From the NCBI GenBank assembly GCA_013265495.1, contig MU058198.1, forward strand, positions 7,827,779 to 7,890,177: 62,399 nucleotides of DNA, read 5' to 3'. Shown piece after piece: positions 1 through 13,100 of this stretch. Numbering within the stretch: the first letter of the stretch is position 1; the number at the start of each line of letters is the position of its first letter. The position numbers and the translations under genes are program-made. Source of the stretch: Vicugna vicugna (taxonomy: Eukaryota). The notes under the pieces are model-generated. The model saw only the letters and a program-made list of their open reading frames with translations, searched no databases and was not told the DNA's origin.

Positions 1-373
1 GACCCTCGGCATCAACTCTCTTCTCGCTCCAGTTCCCAGCAACTCTGGTCTCACTTGCTCAATTCCTTTGAAATGGAAGGATCTAGACTTTTACCTCTAA
101 TTTTCCAAGTCTTGGCTGTAAGCTGAGGATTGGAGGGTAGGGAAACCAAATCCCACACAGTGTTTTCCCCCAAATTTGGATGTGTTGGCAACATTTGTCT
201 GTTTGGTTCAATGCTGTATCCCCAGTGCCTAGAATAATGCCTGGTACATAGAGAGGGCTCAATAAATGCCTGTTGAATAAAAGAATTTAAAACAGGGGGA
301 AGTTCATATACAGTCTGGATTTGTGCTTCTCTTGAAAATTTGGAAGATTAGACACCTTGAGGACCACATTCTT

Positions 374-707
374 TTTGAAAAAATTATTATTTAAAAAAAT
401 TTTTAATTGAAGTACAGTTAATTGCAATGTGTCAGTTTCTGGTGTACAGCACAATGTCCCAGTCATGCAAATACATACACATATTCATTTTCGTATTTTT
501 TCATTAAAGGTTATTACAAGATATTGAACATAGTTCCCTGTGCTATACAGAAGGAACTTAAAAAAATCTATTTTTATATATAATGGCCAATATTTGTAAA
601 TCTCAAACTCCCAAATTTATCCCTTCCCATCCCCTTTCCCTGGTAACAATAAGATTTGTTTATTATGTCTGTGGGTCTGTTTCTGTTTTGTAGATGAGTT
701 CATAGTG
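374..707 (-). mobile_element. LINE-1 3' end, 5'-truncated, with TSD
   Basis: L1 3'UTR-like text starting at a T-rich tail, flanked by the 15-bp direct repeat gaggaccacattctt (359-373, 708-722). Confidence 0.75.
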
Positions 708-774
708 GAGGACCACATTCTTACCTGGCGAAAATTAGCTGAGCCAAATAGCCACCATCCCTTTAAAAGGGGTA

Positions 775-950
775 TAGGCTAGATAGGTAACAAGGATATA
801 CTGTCCAGCACAGGGAATTACAGCCATTATACTAGTAACAACCTGTAATGGAGTATAATCTGCAAAAATTACTGAATCACTATGCTGTGCACCTGAAACT
901 AACCTAATATTGTAAATTAACTATACATCAATGAAGAAAAAAAGAAAGAG
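775..950 (+). mobile_element. LINE-1 3' end fragment
   Basis: ...actgaatcactatgctgtgcacctgaaactaac...aactatacatcaat followed by an A-rich tail. Confidence 0.65.
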
Positions 951-1107
951 ATGCATAACAGAGGAAATGTGAAAAAAAAAACAAAAACGTGGGGGCCTAT
1001 GGCTCCCATCTGAGTCTCCCATAGTCTGGCCGCCATAGTATTTGAGTTTCTTATTCCTGTTCTAGGCTCTTCTACCTTCTGTAATGTAGAACGTTCTTCC
1101 CTCACAG

Positions 1108-4100
1108 GTACGCAGTCAGGAAGTACCAGCTCCTTTGAGTATGAGATGTCTCAGGAAGGCTTCAGTGCTGTCATCACCTCTGTAAGTGGTCTTTTGTTTA
1201 ATTGGTGTTGGGGGGTGCTAGATGAGGGGGAAGAAGAGGTGCAAGGATCTGGGGTCTCTTCTCTGACGGGTACTTGCTGGGAGGCACCTCTTTGATGGAC
1301 AGTGGTGGCCCCTTCTCTCTTCCTTGTCAATCCTGTTTTTTTTTTTTAATTGAGATGTAATGGACATATGAAATGATAGTATCTTCAGGGGTACAACATA
1401 ATGATTTGATGTACGTATGCAGCATTACAAAATGATCACCACAGTAAGTCCAGGTAGCATCCGTCACCACACATATTTACAAAAATGTTTTTTTCTTGTG
1501 GTGAGAACTTTTAAATTTTATTCTTGTAGCAACTTTCAAATATACAATACACTATTATTAACTACAGTCACCATGCTGTACCTTCAGGATTTATTTACCT
1601 TATAACTGGAAGTTTGTACTTTTTGACCACCTTCACCCATTTTTGCATCCACCCCTGCCTTTGGCAACCACCAGTCTGTTCTCTGTGTATGAGTTTGTTA
1701 TTTTAATTTAATTTTATCATTTTAATTCTACATATAAGTAAGATCACACAGTGTTTGTTTTTCTCTGTTTGACTTATTTCAGTTAGCATAATCCTCCAAG
1801 TCCATCTATGTTGTCACAGATGGTAGGATTTCCTTCTTCTTAATGGCTGAATGATATTCCATTGTATACATATATACCACATTTTCTTTATCCATTTATC
1901 CTTTGGTGAGTACTTAGGTTGCTCCCATGTTTCAGCTATTGTAAATAATGCTGTAATGATCATGGTTGCAAATATATTTTCAAGTTTGTATTTTCATTTC
2001 TTTTGGGCATTTACTTGGAAGTGTAATTGCTGGATCTTATAGTAGTTCTATTTTTAACTTTTTCAGAAGCCTCCATACTCTTTTCTGTAGTCTCTGCACC
2101 AATTACATTTCTACCAACAGCGTACAAGCTTTCCTTTTTTTCCACATCCTTGCCAACACTCTTCATTTCTTCTCTTTATGACAGACATTCTAACAGGTAT
2201 AAGGTGATATCTCATTGTGGTTTTGATTTGCATTCCCTTGATGATTACTGATGTTAAGCACTTTTTTTTTCATGTACTTCTTGGCCTTCTATATGTCTTC
2301 TTTGGAAAAATGTCCCTTCAGATTCTCTGCCAATTTTTTAATCAGGTTAAAAAAAATTTTTTTGAATTGTGTAAATTCTTTTCATATATCAGATGTTAAC
2401 CCCTTATTGGATATGTGATTTGCAAATATTTTCTCCTGCTCTGTAAGTTACCTTTTCATTTTGCTTATGGTTTCCTTTGCTAAACAGAAGCTTTTTAATT
2501 TGATGTAGTCCCACTGCTTATTTTGTTTTTTTGGTGCTAAATCAAAACAAATCATCACCAAGACTGATGTCAAGGAAATTACCACCTATGTTTTCTTCTT
2601 AGAGTTTTATGATTTCTGGTCTTATGCTCAAGTTGTTAATCCATTTTGAATTGATTTTTGTCAGTAGTGTAAGATAGTGGTCAAGTTTCATTCTCCTGCT
2701 TGTGGCTGTCTAATTTTCCTAACACCATTTATTGAAGAGACTGTTGTTTCCCTGTTACATATTATTCACTCCTTTACTATAAATTAATTTACCATATATC
2801 TGTGGGTTTATTTCTGGGCTCTCTATTCTGTTTTATTGATCTATGTGTCTGTTTTAATGCTAATACCATACTGTTTTGATTACTGTAGCTTCTCAATATT
2901 GTTTGAAATCAGGAAGTGTGGTACCTCTGGCTTTGTTCTTCTTTCTTAAAATTGCTTTGGTTACTTGGGATCTTTTGTGGTTCCATACACATTTAGGATC
3001 GTTTGTTCTACTTCTGTGGGCAATGCCATTGGGGTTTTGTTAGGGAGTGCATGAAAACTCTAGATTGCTTAATTCTGTTCTACCTTCTTTCCTAGAATGG
3101 TCTCTTTCTGGGCACTGTGGGGAGCTTTGACTGGGCTGGTGGAGCCTTTCTGTATACATCAAAGGATAAAGTCACCTTCATCAACACAACCAGGGTAGAT
3201 TCAGACATGAATGATGCTTACTTGGGTAAGTAGAGAGGGCAGGGTTTCTCTAAGAAAGGGTCAGAATATGGCCTAAATCGACTAGTGTAGATGACCTTGG
3301 ATCTTTTACAAACCCTTAGGATAGGTTTAAAGACAGAAATTTCAAAGTTTCATTTTCATTATGTTAACAAACAGGAATTCAGTGCAGGGTCCTCCCACAC
3401 ATGGGGCTGGCCCATTGCCTCTATTCAAGGGATAGGTCTGCTGGAGCGGGGGAAGGTCTCTGGGGGAAAGCCCTTCTCTTAGTTCACTGTCTTCAGGTTA
3501 CGCTGCTGACATCATTTTGCGGAACCGGGTGCAAAGCCTGGTTCTGGGGGCGCCTCGGTATCAGCATACTGGCCTGGTGGTGATGTTCAGACAGGATACT
3601 GGTGCCTGGGAGAAAACCGCCGATGTTAAGGGCAGCCAGGTGAGTGCAGAGTGTGTGGGGCATGGGTCCTGGGTCCTGGGTCCTGAGGGCTTCTAGGATG
3701 GGCATCACTGGGTGCCGAGTGTGGCAGAGTTATGTCAAGGAGACTTCAGAGGGCTCTGAGTTGGAGAGCTGTGGGGCCAACCTTGCATCTGAGGGTGTTG
3801 TGTTCTAATAACAGTAAGTCACAGCACTTGACCTGTACAGAGCTCTCTACAAGTCTACCTGTACACAAAGCTGGTATCTGACTAGTACATAACCAGTATA
3901 GCCATATTAGTTATTAAAATATTGAAATAAATTCTCTACCTGTCAATAAATAGCTGCTTCCCCGAGACATCCCCACCCCGCATCATGTTTTCTGGCCCCT
4001 CCCCCAGTACTCTTTGATCTTACCCATGATCCTGCAGCTGTGAAGTCAGGCGGGGCACCTCAGGGGACCTCTGGGACCCACTCCAGCTAAGCCTCGGTCA

Positions 4101-7100
4101 GTGCCTGAGCAATCCCATATTTTGAATATCACCCCTGCAAAAGCAGAGTGGTTGCATCTTAAGTAAGGCATCTTCCATGGTGTGTGAAGCAAAAATCTAG
4201 TCAGAGTCATCTTTGCAAATTCTTGAAATAGAACTGCATTCATGATATTGTGCCTGTAGTTCTGTGTGTATTCCTTTAATTTTCATCAGTGGTTTTCTTG
4301 GGCCTGCAATTAATGCATCATATGTGAATGAAACCACTTAGCTCTGACACCTGAATGGCTTTGTCAAAATTTTTGGCCAGGAGTCAAGTTCTCCATATGG
4401 TCTTTCCATAGGTTTTTAACCAACACATATTGAAGGTTAGTGGTGTCAGTGCCCGCAACATTTAAGGGGGTGGGGGCGGAGAATGTGTAAGGGAATTCCA
4501 GGAGGTCAAGTATGGATGTGATGCTACTTTCTCTGTTTTGTGTGTGTGGTCCAGGATCACATGGGGAAGGCTGGCTCCCAAGGTGGTCATCATCCCCCCA
4601 TCCCCAGATATTATATATGCAAATTATAAACCAGGATGATAAATACTTAAATTGGGGCAGTCTGAGAGCAAAGGAGAGGGGCACCCACACAAGGGCATTA
4701 GGGAAGGCTTCCTGGAGGAAGTGACTGTTACAGTAGAAGAGCTAGAAAAATGAAGAGCAGGGAAAGAAAAGGGTCAGAGGAAGGAGACAGCATGAGACAA
4801 AATTCAGAATGTGTGTGTACCGGGGTGGGAGCAGTGTGGGAGAAAACACTGGGAAGAAGGGTAGGGAATAGACTGATCTCAAATCTATCCACTCCCTCCA
4901 TTTCTGCTGCCATCAGCCTGGTCTAGGCCATCAACATCTTTCCTATGGACCGAGCAGTAGCTTCCTTACTAGTCAGTCTCCCTAAATCCCATGCTGCCTC
5001 CCTCCTCTAGTCCATAGAGAGAGGGTGAACTTTCTAAATGGGCAACTGTTTATATCAGTCTTCAGTTTAAGACCCTTTACTGATTACAGCCCAATATCCA
5101 ATAATGGTTTAAAAGTTCTCAACCAAATATCAGCAAATCGAACCCAGCAATCTATAAAAAGCATAATGGATCATGACCAAGTGTGATTTATTCCAGGAAT
5201 ATGGGCTTGTTCAACAATGTTGCAGAAATGGACAAGCTGATTCTAAAGTTCATATGAAAATGCAAGAGACCCAGAATAGCCAAAATAATCTTGAAACAGA
5301 AGAATTAAGTTGGAGGATTTACACGTCCCAATTTTGCAACTTACCACAAAGTTTAAGTAATGAAGACAGGTACCAGCAGAAGAATAGACCTTTAGATCAA
5401 TGGAATAGGGCTGAGGGTCCAGAAATAAACCCATGCATCTATGGTCAATTGATTTTCAACAAAGGTACCAGGTTCATTCGATAAGGAAAAAGAATCTTTT
5501 CAACAGAGTTGCTGGGTCAACTGGACATCTACATGCAAAAGAATAAATTTGGACTCCTACCTCACAATATACAAAAATTAATTCAAAATAGATCAAAGAC
5601 TTGAGTGTAATAACTAAAGCTATAATCAGCTTCTTAAAAGGAATCATAGGTGAATTTTTGTAACCTTGGATTTGGCAACAATTTCTGAGATATGACACCA
5701 CAAGCACAAACAACTAAAGATAAAATAGATAAATTGGACTTCATTAAATTAAAAACTCCTGAGCATCACAGGATACTATCAAGAAAATGGAAAGAATGGG
5801 AGAAACTATTTACAAATCACATATCCGATAAAGGTCTAGTATTTAGAATATGTAAGGAACTCTTACAACTCAACAATAAAAAGATGAATAACCTCATTTA
5901 AAAACGGGCAAAGGATTTGAATAGATATTTCTGCAGATAAGACATACAGATGGCCAATAGGCACATGAAAAGATATTTGACATTATTAGTCATTAGAGAA
6001 ATGCAAATCAAAACCACAATAAAGATATCACTAGAATGGCTATTTAAAGTAAAAAAAGAAAAATAACAAATGTGGGTGAAGATGTGGAAAAATTGGAACC
6101 CTGATACATTGCTGGCGGGGATGTAACATGCTCCTCTAGCTGCCATTATATTCAAACAAGGATTTATCACGAATTGCATAGAGGATCGCATCTCCTCCAA
6201 AGGATTTTCTGCGGCTGGCTTGAAAACCATAGGGAGAAAACCGCCACACTCTGCTTCAGAGGTATGCGATCCTGGCCTTATCTCTTTCAGATTGGCTCCT
6301 ACTTTGGAGCCTCCCTCTGCTCTGTGGATGTAAACAGAGATGGCAGCTCTGACCTGGTCCTCATCGGGGCTCCCCATTACTATGAGCAGACTCGGGGGGG
6401 CCAGGTGTCCGTGTGCCCCTTGCCCAAGGGGGTGAGTGGCTGATGGCCCCTTGTCTGGGTGGGGTCTGGGTGTGGGTGGAGGGGTTGCCTGGGCTGGGAC
6501 CTGACACCGGTTTTGTTTGGCAGAGGGCTAAGTGGCAGTGTGGAGCTGTTCTGCGAGGGGAGCAGGGCCACCTCTGGAGCCGCTTTGGGGCAGCCCTGAC
6601 AGTGATGGGGGATGTGAACGGGGACAAGCTGATGGACGTGGCCATCGGGGCCCCGGGAGAGCAGGAGAATCAGGGTGCTGTCTACCTGTTTCATGGAACC
6701 TCAGGACTGAGCATCAGCCCCTCCCACAGCCAGGTGAGGCCCGATCACTGTACCTGTCACAGCAACAGCCTCTGTGCTGATCTGTCCCTTTCTAATTCAA
6801 TGTTTGCACAGCTGCCTGATCAGTGCTCCCAGTAACCCTTTTCAGAACCTTCAAAAATGACACACACTTCACAGAAAAGATTCATTCTTACTACAACTAT
6901 AGGAGGTACATGGGGCCATCGTCATTCCCACTTTACAGACGAGAAAATTAAGGTACAGAGGTGATAAATGGTAAGCTGAAAGTGTTAGGATGTAGCCATT
7001 CCTTTCCTCTGAATCTCTGTCTTGGTAGGATGACTAGTAGTCCTGATTTGCCCAGATCTGTCCCCGTTTCAGCACTGAAAGTCCCACAGCTCAGGAAGCC

Positions 7101-10100
7101 CCTATGGTCGGCCACCCCACCAGGACCTCATGCTTCATGGACTTGTGACTTGTGCAGTCACGCAGAGCCCCTCTCTCAGAAGGGCCCTGTGCTTGGGTTA
7201 ATGCTCTGCTCTTGCCATCTCGAAATTCTTAATGCATTTTGAACAAAGTCCTACATCCTTTTTCCTACTGGGTCCTGCAAATTATGTAGCTGATCCTGAC
7301 AGTTAGCCATTCAAAATGCTAGTCAGTACAACTGGTTTCCTCCCTAAAGTGGCTCCCTGTTTCCTGCTGGATGACATCTGCTGTCTGGAGGAACCTCCAC
7401 GATCTGGATTTCTCCCCACCACAGCCCGCTGAAGCCATCCAGTCTTCTGGCCTCTGGTCTCCGGCTTTGTTCCATGCTCACATTTTTCTTACGTCCTTTC
7501 TCTCTCCTGCCAAATTCTTCACCCCAGAGGTTCAGTCCTACCAACACTTATTCTAAGCATCACTGCCTGATGTACTTCTTTTGTCTGTGTCATGGAACCT
7601 CTTCCCACAGTTGTGTGAATATTGTAATTATGCTTGTTTTCATTGGCACCTGTTGTTTCTCTGTATAATGGGAAAAACTAGAAGGCTCTAGTTTTATTCT
7701 ATTTTAATTGCAAGAGGTTTACACACTTGTACAAATTTAAACATCTAAAGTAAACAGTGAAAGCCCTTGCTCCCTTCCCTTCCCTTCACCGGAACTCACT
7801 CTGAAACAGAAAACAAGGGTAAGGGGAGAGTCCACACACACACCCACCCCCATCCACAACTACATCCCCACACCCCCNNNNNNNNNNNNNNNNNNNNNNN
7901 NNNNNNNNNNNNNNNCCCACCCAGACACACACCCACCCAGCCCCCCTCACCACCACAGGCTTTGGAAAGAAAAACAGATGCAAAAAGGATCATACAGTTC
8001 TAATGTTCTACTGTTTGCCTTTTTCACTTGCTCTTTTCCTATGATTGTGGGTGGGAATGGTCAGAGTTTGGACAAGCAAACATGCTGTGGGTCTCCCAAC
8101 TACCATAGTATATATATTTATTTATTGTTTATTTTTAATGGAGACGCTGGGGATTGAACCCAGGACCTCGTGCATGCTAAGCACACACTCTACTACTGAG
8201 CTATACCCTCCCCCCGGGGGTAATTATATTTATTTATTTTTTTATTTTTAATGGAGGCACTGGGGCAACTACCATAGTATATAATTTCAAAGCAAAACTT
8301 CCCAACAGAATATGATATATTTTTCTAAAAAACAGTTTGTGATATAACGTACGTGCAGTAAACATGCAAATCTTAAGTGATGAATTTTCACATCTGTGAA
8401 CCCGAGTAAGCGCCTCCCAGATTAAGATATAGCACATTTCCAGCGTCCCACACTTCCCTCTGCTTCTTGTCAGTTGACGAGTGTACATGACCTAGGACTC
8501 ACCATTTTAAGCATTAAGTGTACACGTAACATTAATGTACACATTAAGTGTACACGTCAGTGGCACTAAGTACATGACAAAATCACCATTAAAATTTCTT
8601 AACGTACTTGGCTGTTATCCTTTCAGTGTTACTATTGCACATCGAGTCAAAACTGATCTGAATGGCTCGTTATGAAAAACAGCCATTTCCACACCCACAC
8701 TGTGATCTCCTCTTCATTTCCCCTTCTCTCAGGACAGCACTTTGAGCCCTCTCAATGATTCTCCGTACTCCCCCCAAATACGATTATTTTGCTTCTTCTT
8801 GACTTTTGTTTCCATATTGACTTCCCACCCTGGAAGGGGGAACTGAGCTCTCTTACAGACCTGTCTTATCACATATTCACATGCCTTCCATCCCACTTCC
8901 CCTTCCTTAAATTTATAGGATATTTTTGGTTAGATTGGCGTTCAGTGTTCGCATGACCCTGACCATGTAAATGAGATTCAGCTGAGTCAAGTAGTATACT
9001 ATGTCACTTCCTTCCTGTGAAACTTTTTGTTTTCCCTGGAAAACCCAGATAATTCATGAAAACTTTGGGTATCATCTCAAGGCTGTGATTTAAAACCTGA
9101 TCCCTGACTCCTTGAGAAGCTGTGGGAGATGAGACTTGAGTGGAGCCCAGTCTCTCCCTGGGTCGCCTTGGGAGACTGAGTTCTTTCCCATCCTTGTCTC
9201 CCCTCCTCTTCACTACCCTCAGCGGATCGCAGGCTCTCAGCTCTCCTTCAGACTCCAGCATTTTGGTCAATCACTGAGTGGAGGCCGGGATCTCACAATG
9301 GATGGACTGGTGGACCTGGCCGTAGGGGCCCAGGGGCACGTGCTGCTGCTCAGGTGAGAGCCTCTTTCAGAGCGCACAAGGTATCTTCTTTTTAAGGAGT
9401 GGCTTTGCTGTATGAAGGCCTCTGATGGCCCTCTGGTGTCCCACCAGGTCCCAGCCTGTGCTGAGAGTTGAAGTGACCATGGAGTTCACACCCCAGGAAG
9501 TGGCAAGGAGTGTATATGAGTGTACTGAAAAGGTGGTGAAAAGCCGGAGGGCTGGGGAGGTCAAGATCTGCCTCCAAGTCCGCAAGAGCACGTGGGACCG
9601 GCTAGGAGAAGGTGAGGCTGGGTGGGTGAGGCTCAAGAGCTTAAATGACTGGGGACATTGATGGGTGGCCCAGAGTGAAGTTGTCACAGGCTCCAACAAC
9701 CTTTTTCAAGCTTGGATGGAATGAACAAGTGGTTCCTCTACTGGGTGAGGAGGCCCAGGAAACCCCACCAAAAAAAGTGAGCACGTGGCATTCCCTTACT
9801 TTCCTGGTTCTCCAGCGAACAAAGGGCCCCACAGTTGTAAACTAATCAGGGTTTTTTTTTTAAACTCATCGAAAGGGGAAGTTGAGTTGATGACCCCAAA
9901 CACAAATTCACAAAGCATTCAGGTATACATTTTATCACAACTAACGACTTCCTCCCTTGTTTCTATTCTCAAAGAGTGGCACTGTGCTTGGGGTGGAGAT
10001 GAGTAATGGTGGTACTAGAGAGAAATGGGGCGGGGGTACAGTTAGCTTTCTAGCAGTAATCTTACTGAGCTGAGGAGACAGCACTCGGAGTTTGGGGCAG

Positions 10101-13100
10101 GCAGCATGGCTAGAAATTGAGAGCAAAGTCTTGGAGAAGAGAGAATTATAGAGAGGGTGTCCCCGGATCTACACAGTAATTCCTCTCAAGTCACTGGCCG
10201 ACTCTTAAGCCATGCATATCCAGGCCAATGCTCCCAGAAACTCAGTGGATGACAGCAACTGTAGAGCTAAAGAGGTGAACAGAAATTCAGCAGCTTTCCA
10301 TTGCTAGGGAAGAAGAGATTTGAGAGGGCCTTTGAAAACCACCTTGGTCCTTCTACTGGGACATGCTCCGTTGAGACCAGCAACCAAGAGGAACAATAGA
10401 CAATAGACCCACAGGTGATTCAGAAATTAAAGTTATCAGGTAGGAATTTTAAAAATAACTACAATGAACATCTTTAAGACGATAAGGGAAATGAAGAGCT
10501 TCATAAGAAACCTTGAATTCATAAAATAAAGTTAAATGGAAACACTAGCACTGAAAAATAAACTGAATGAAACTGAGAATTCAATAAATAGATTTAACAG
10601 CAGATTAGAAGCAAGCAGATACACATCACTATATATAAAATAGATAAACAACAAAGATTTACTGTATAGCACAGGAAGCTATAGTCAATATCTGTAATAA
10701 CGTATAGTGGAGAAGAATCTGAAAAAAATTCATGTAACTGAATCACTTTGCTGTATACTTGAAACTAACACAATATGGTAAATCAACTATACGTCAATTA
10801 AAAAAAAGAAGAAGCAGTACAGAGAGTTAGTGAACTGGAAGGAAAATAAATTGAAAGTACCCAGATGAGCACACAGAGAAAAAAGGATGAAAAAAATACA
10901 GAAAAAAATTATAAGAGGCATATGGGACATGGCAAAAGATGTAACACACATGTAATTGGAATTCCAAAAGGAAGAGAGAGAGAATAAGAAAGAAGCAATA
11001 GTTAAAAAAAGATAGTAAAGAATTTTCTACAATTGGAGAGACATCAAGATTCTCTACCAAATCAAAGCAGGATAAATATAAAGGAAATCATAACTTGATA
11101 CATTATACTGATGCACACAACATTAGACATTGTACCATATCAAGGCACAAACTGGTCAAAGACAAAGAGAAATGTTAAAAGTAGCCAGAAAAAAAAAAGG
11201 TACTTAATTTTCTAGTATGTAACAGAATAGCTGCTATTCACTGAGCACTTACTATGTGCTGGGCTCTATAATAAATGCTTTATAGACACGATTTCATTTT
11301 CACCACTGGGATGATAAAAAATTATTATCTTCAGTTTAAAAATAAGAGACACCAAGAGGTCAGCTAACATGCTCAGAGTCATCCAACTGGGGAGCGCAGG
11401 AGCTGGAGGCAAAGCCAGGCACCTTTCTTCCCTGCCCCTGCAGGAGATACCCAGAGCAGCATCACATATGACCTGGCTCTGGACCCAGGCCGCCCACATT
11501 CCCAGGCCATCTTTGATGAGACAAAGAACAGCACGCGCAGGCGTATGCAGACGTTGGGGCTGAGTAGGAAGTGTGAGACCCTGCAGCTATGGTTAATGGT
11601 GAGTGGGTCAGCAGGGGTGGTCCTCCGAGTATGGGGTGGGCTTGGGAGGCTGAGGAGGGCAGACCACCAAATCCCCACTATCTCTCAGGACTGTGTAGAG
11701 GACTCAGTGACCCCCATTGCCCTGCGCCTCAACTTCTCTCTGGTGGGGAATCCCTCGCCCTCTTTCGGGAACCTCAGGCCAGTGCTGGCTGTAGATGCTC
11801 AGAGACTCTTCACAGCCTCGGTGAGTCCAGGAGTTGGGGTCCTGCAGGGGCCTGGAAGGGACCAGAGGCCATAATGATTGGAGCTCATTTTATTTCATTT
11901 CACATAATTTTCTTTCAATATTTTATTTTCTTGTTTCGTTTCATACCTTTTTGTGATCTCCTTTCCGTTTCTCATCTTCTATTTTTGGCAGTTTCCCTTT
12001 GAGAAGAACTGTGGTAATGACAGTATCTGCCAGGATGACCTCAGCATCACCTTCAGTTTTATGAAGTGAGTTTCTGGTCCTCATTCCTACCTCCAAACCT
12101 ACCCAAGGGAGTCTGGCCTAGAGCAGCTGCTTCAGAAACGTTTGTGTGGCTGCCCCCTCCACTCTCTCCAAGTGTCCATGCCTCCTTCCCGTCAGAGCAG
12201 ACTTGTTGCAGGAAAGCCCTCAGCATCTCATGGCCTGGCTTGTTCCTTCCACAGCCTGGACACCCTGGTGGTGGGTGGTCCCCGGGACTTGAACGTCACG
12301 CTGACTGTAAGAAACCAGGGCGAGGACTCCTACAGAACTCAAGTCACCTTCTTCTACCCGTCTGGCTTGTCCTTTCGGAGGGTGTCAGGTGCCCAGGTAG
12401 CCAAACCCTTCTCAGGCTCTGCCTGACTTTCCTTTCCCCGTCCCCATGGCTGGTGGCTGACATCACCACCTCGGCCTTGCTTGCTTTCCAGAACCAGCGC
12501 TCACAGAGGTCCTGGCGCCTGAGCTGCGAGTCTGACGTCTTCACCGGAGGGTCTGGAACCCTGAAGAGCACCCCCTGTAACATCAACCACCCCATCTTCC
12601 CAGACAACTCAGAGGTCAGGCTGCTGCCTTTCCTCCTTTGTCTTCTGCATTGTTCTCCTTTTCTTCTTCTTCTTTTAAAGTAGAGGTTTCTTTTTTCTCG
12701 AAAAACAGCTTTCTTAAGATAAAATTCATGTACCATACAATTCGCCCATTTCCAGCGTACAGTCCCCGTGTCTTTCAGTATGTTCACAGAGTTGTGGTTC
12801 CCTCAGTGTGATCCATTCTAGAGTACTTTATTATCCCAAGAAAAGACGCTGCTCCCTTAGCAGCAGCCCGTGTCTTCTCATCTCTCCCAGTGATGGGCAG
12901 CCACTGGCCTTTTTTCTGTCTCTAGATTCACCTATTCCAGATATTTCGTATAAATGGGATCATACACTGTGCAGGCCTTTGTGACTAGCTTCTTTGACGT
13001 CGCGTCGTGTTTTCAAGGATCATCCATGTTGCAGCCTGTAGTAACACTCCAATTCTTTTTCTGCTGAATGATAGTCTGCGGTATGGATGTATCACATGTT

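Noticed and set aside
8138..8215. tRNA gene
   Set aside because: A and B boxes are present, but the A-tail and TSD identify a SINE.
8510..8556. Short direct repeats (cattaagtgtacacgt x2; also gctagaca x3 near 13828 and a 16-mer x2 near 22500)
   Set aside because: Ordinary slippage duplications; no spacer-repeat or CRISPR-like structure.
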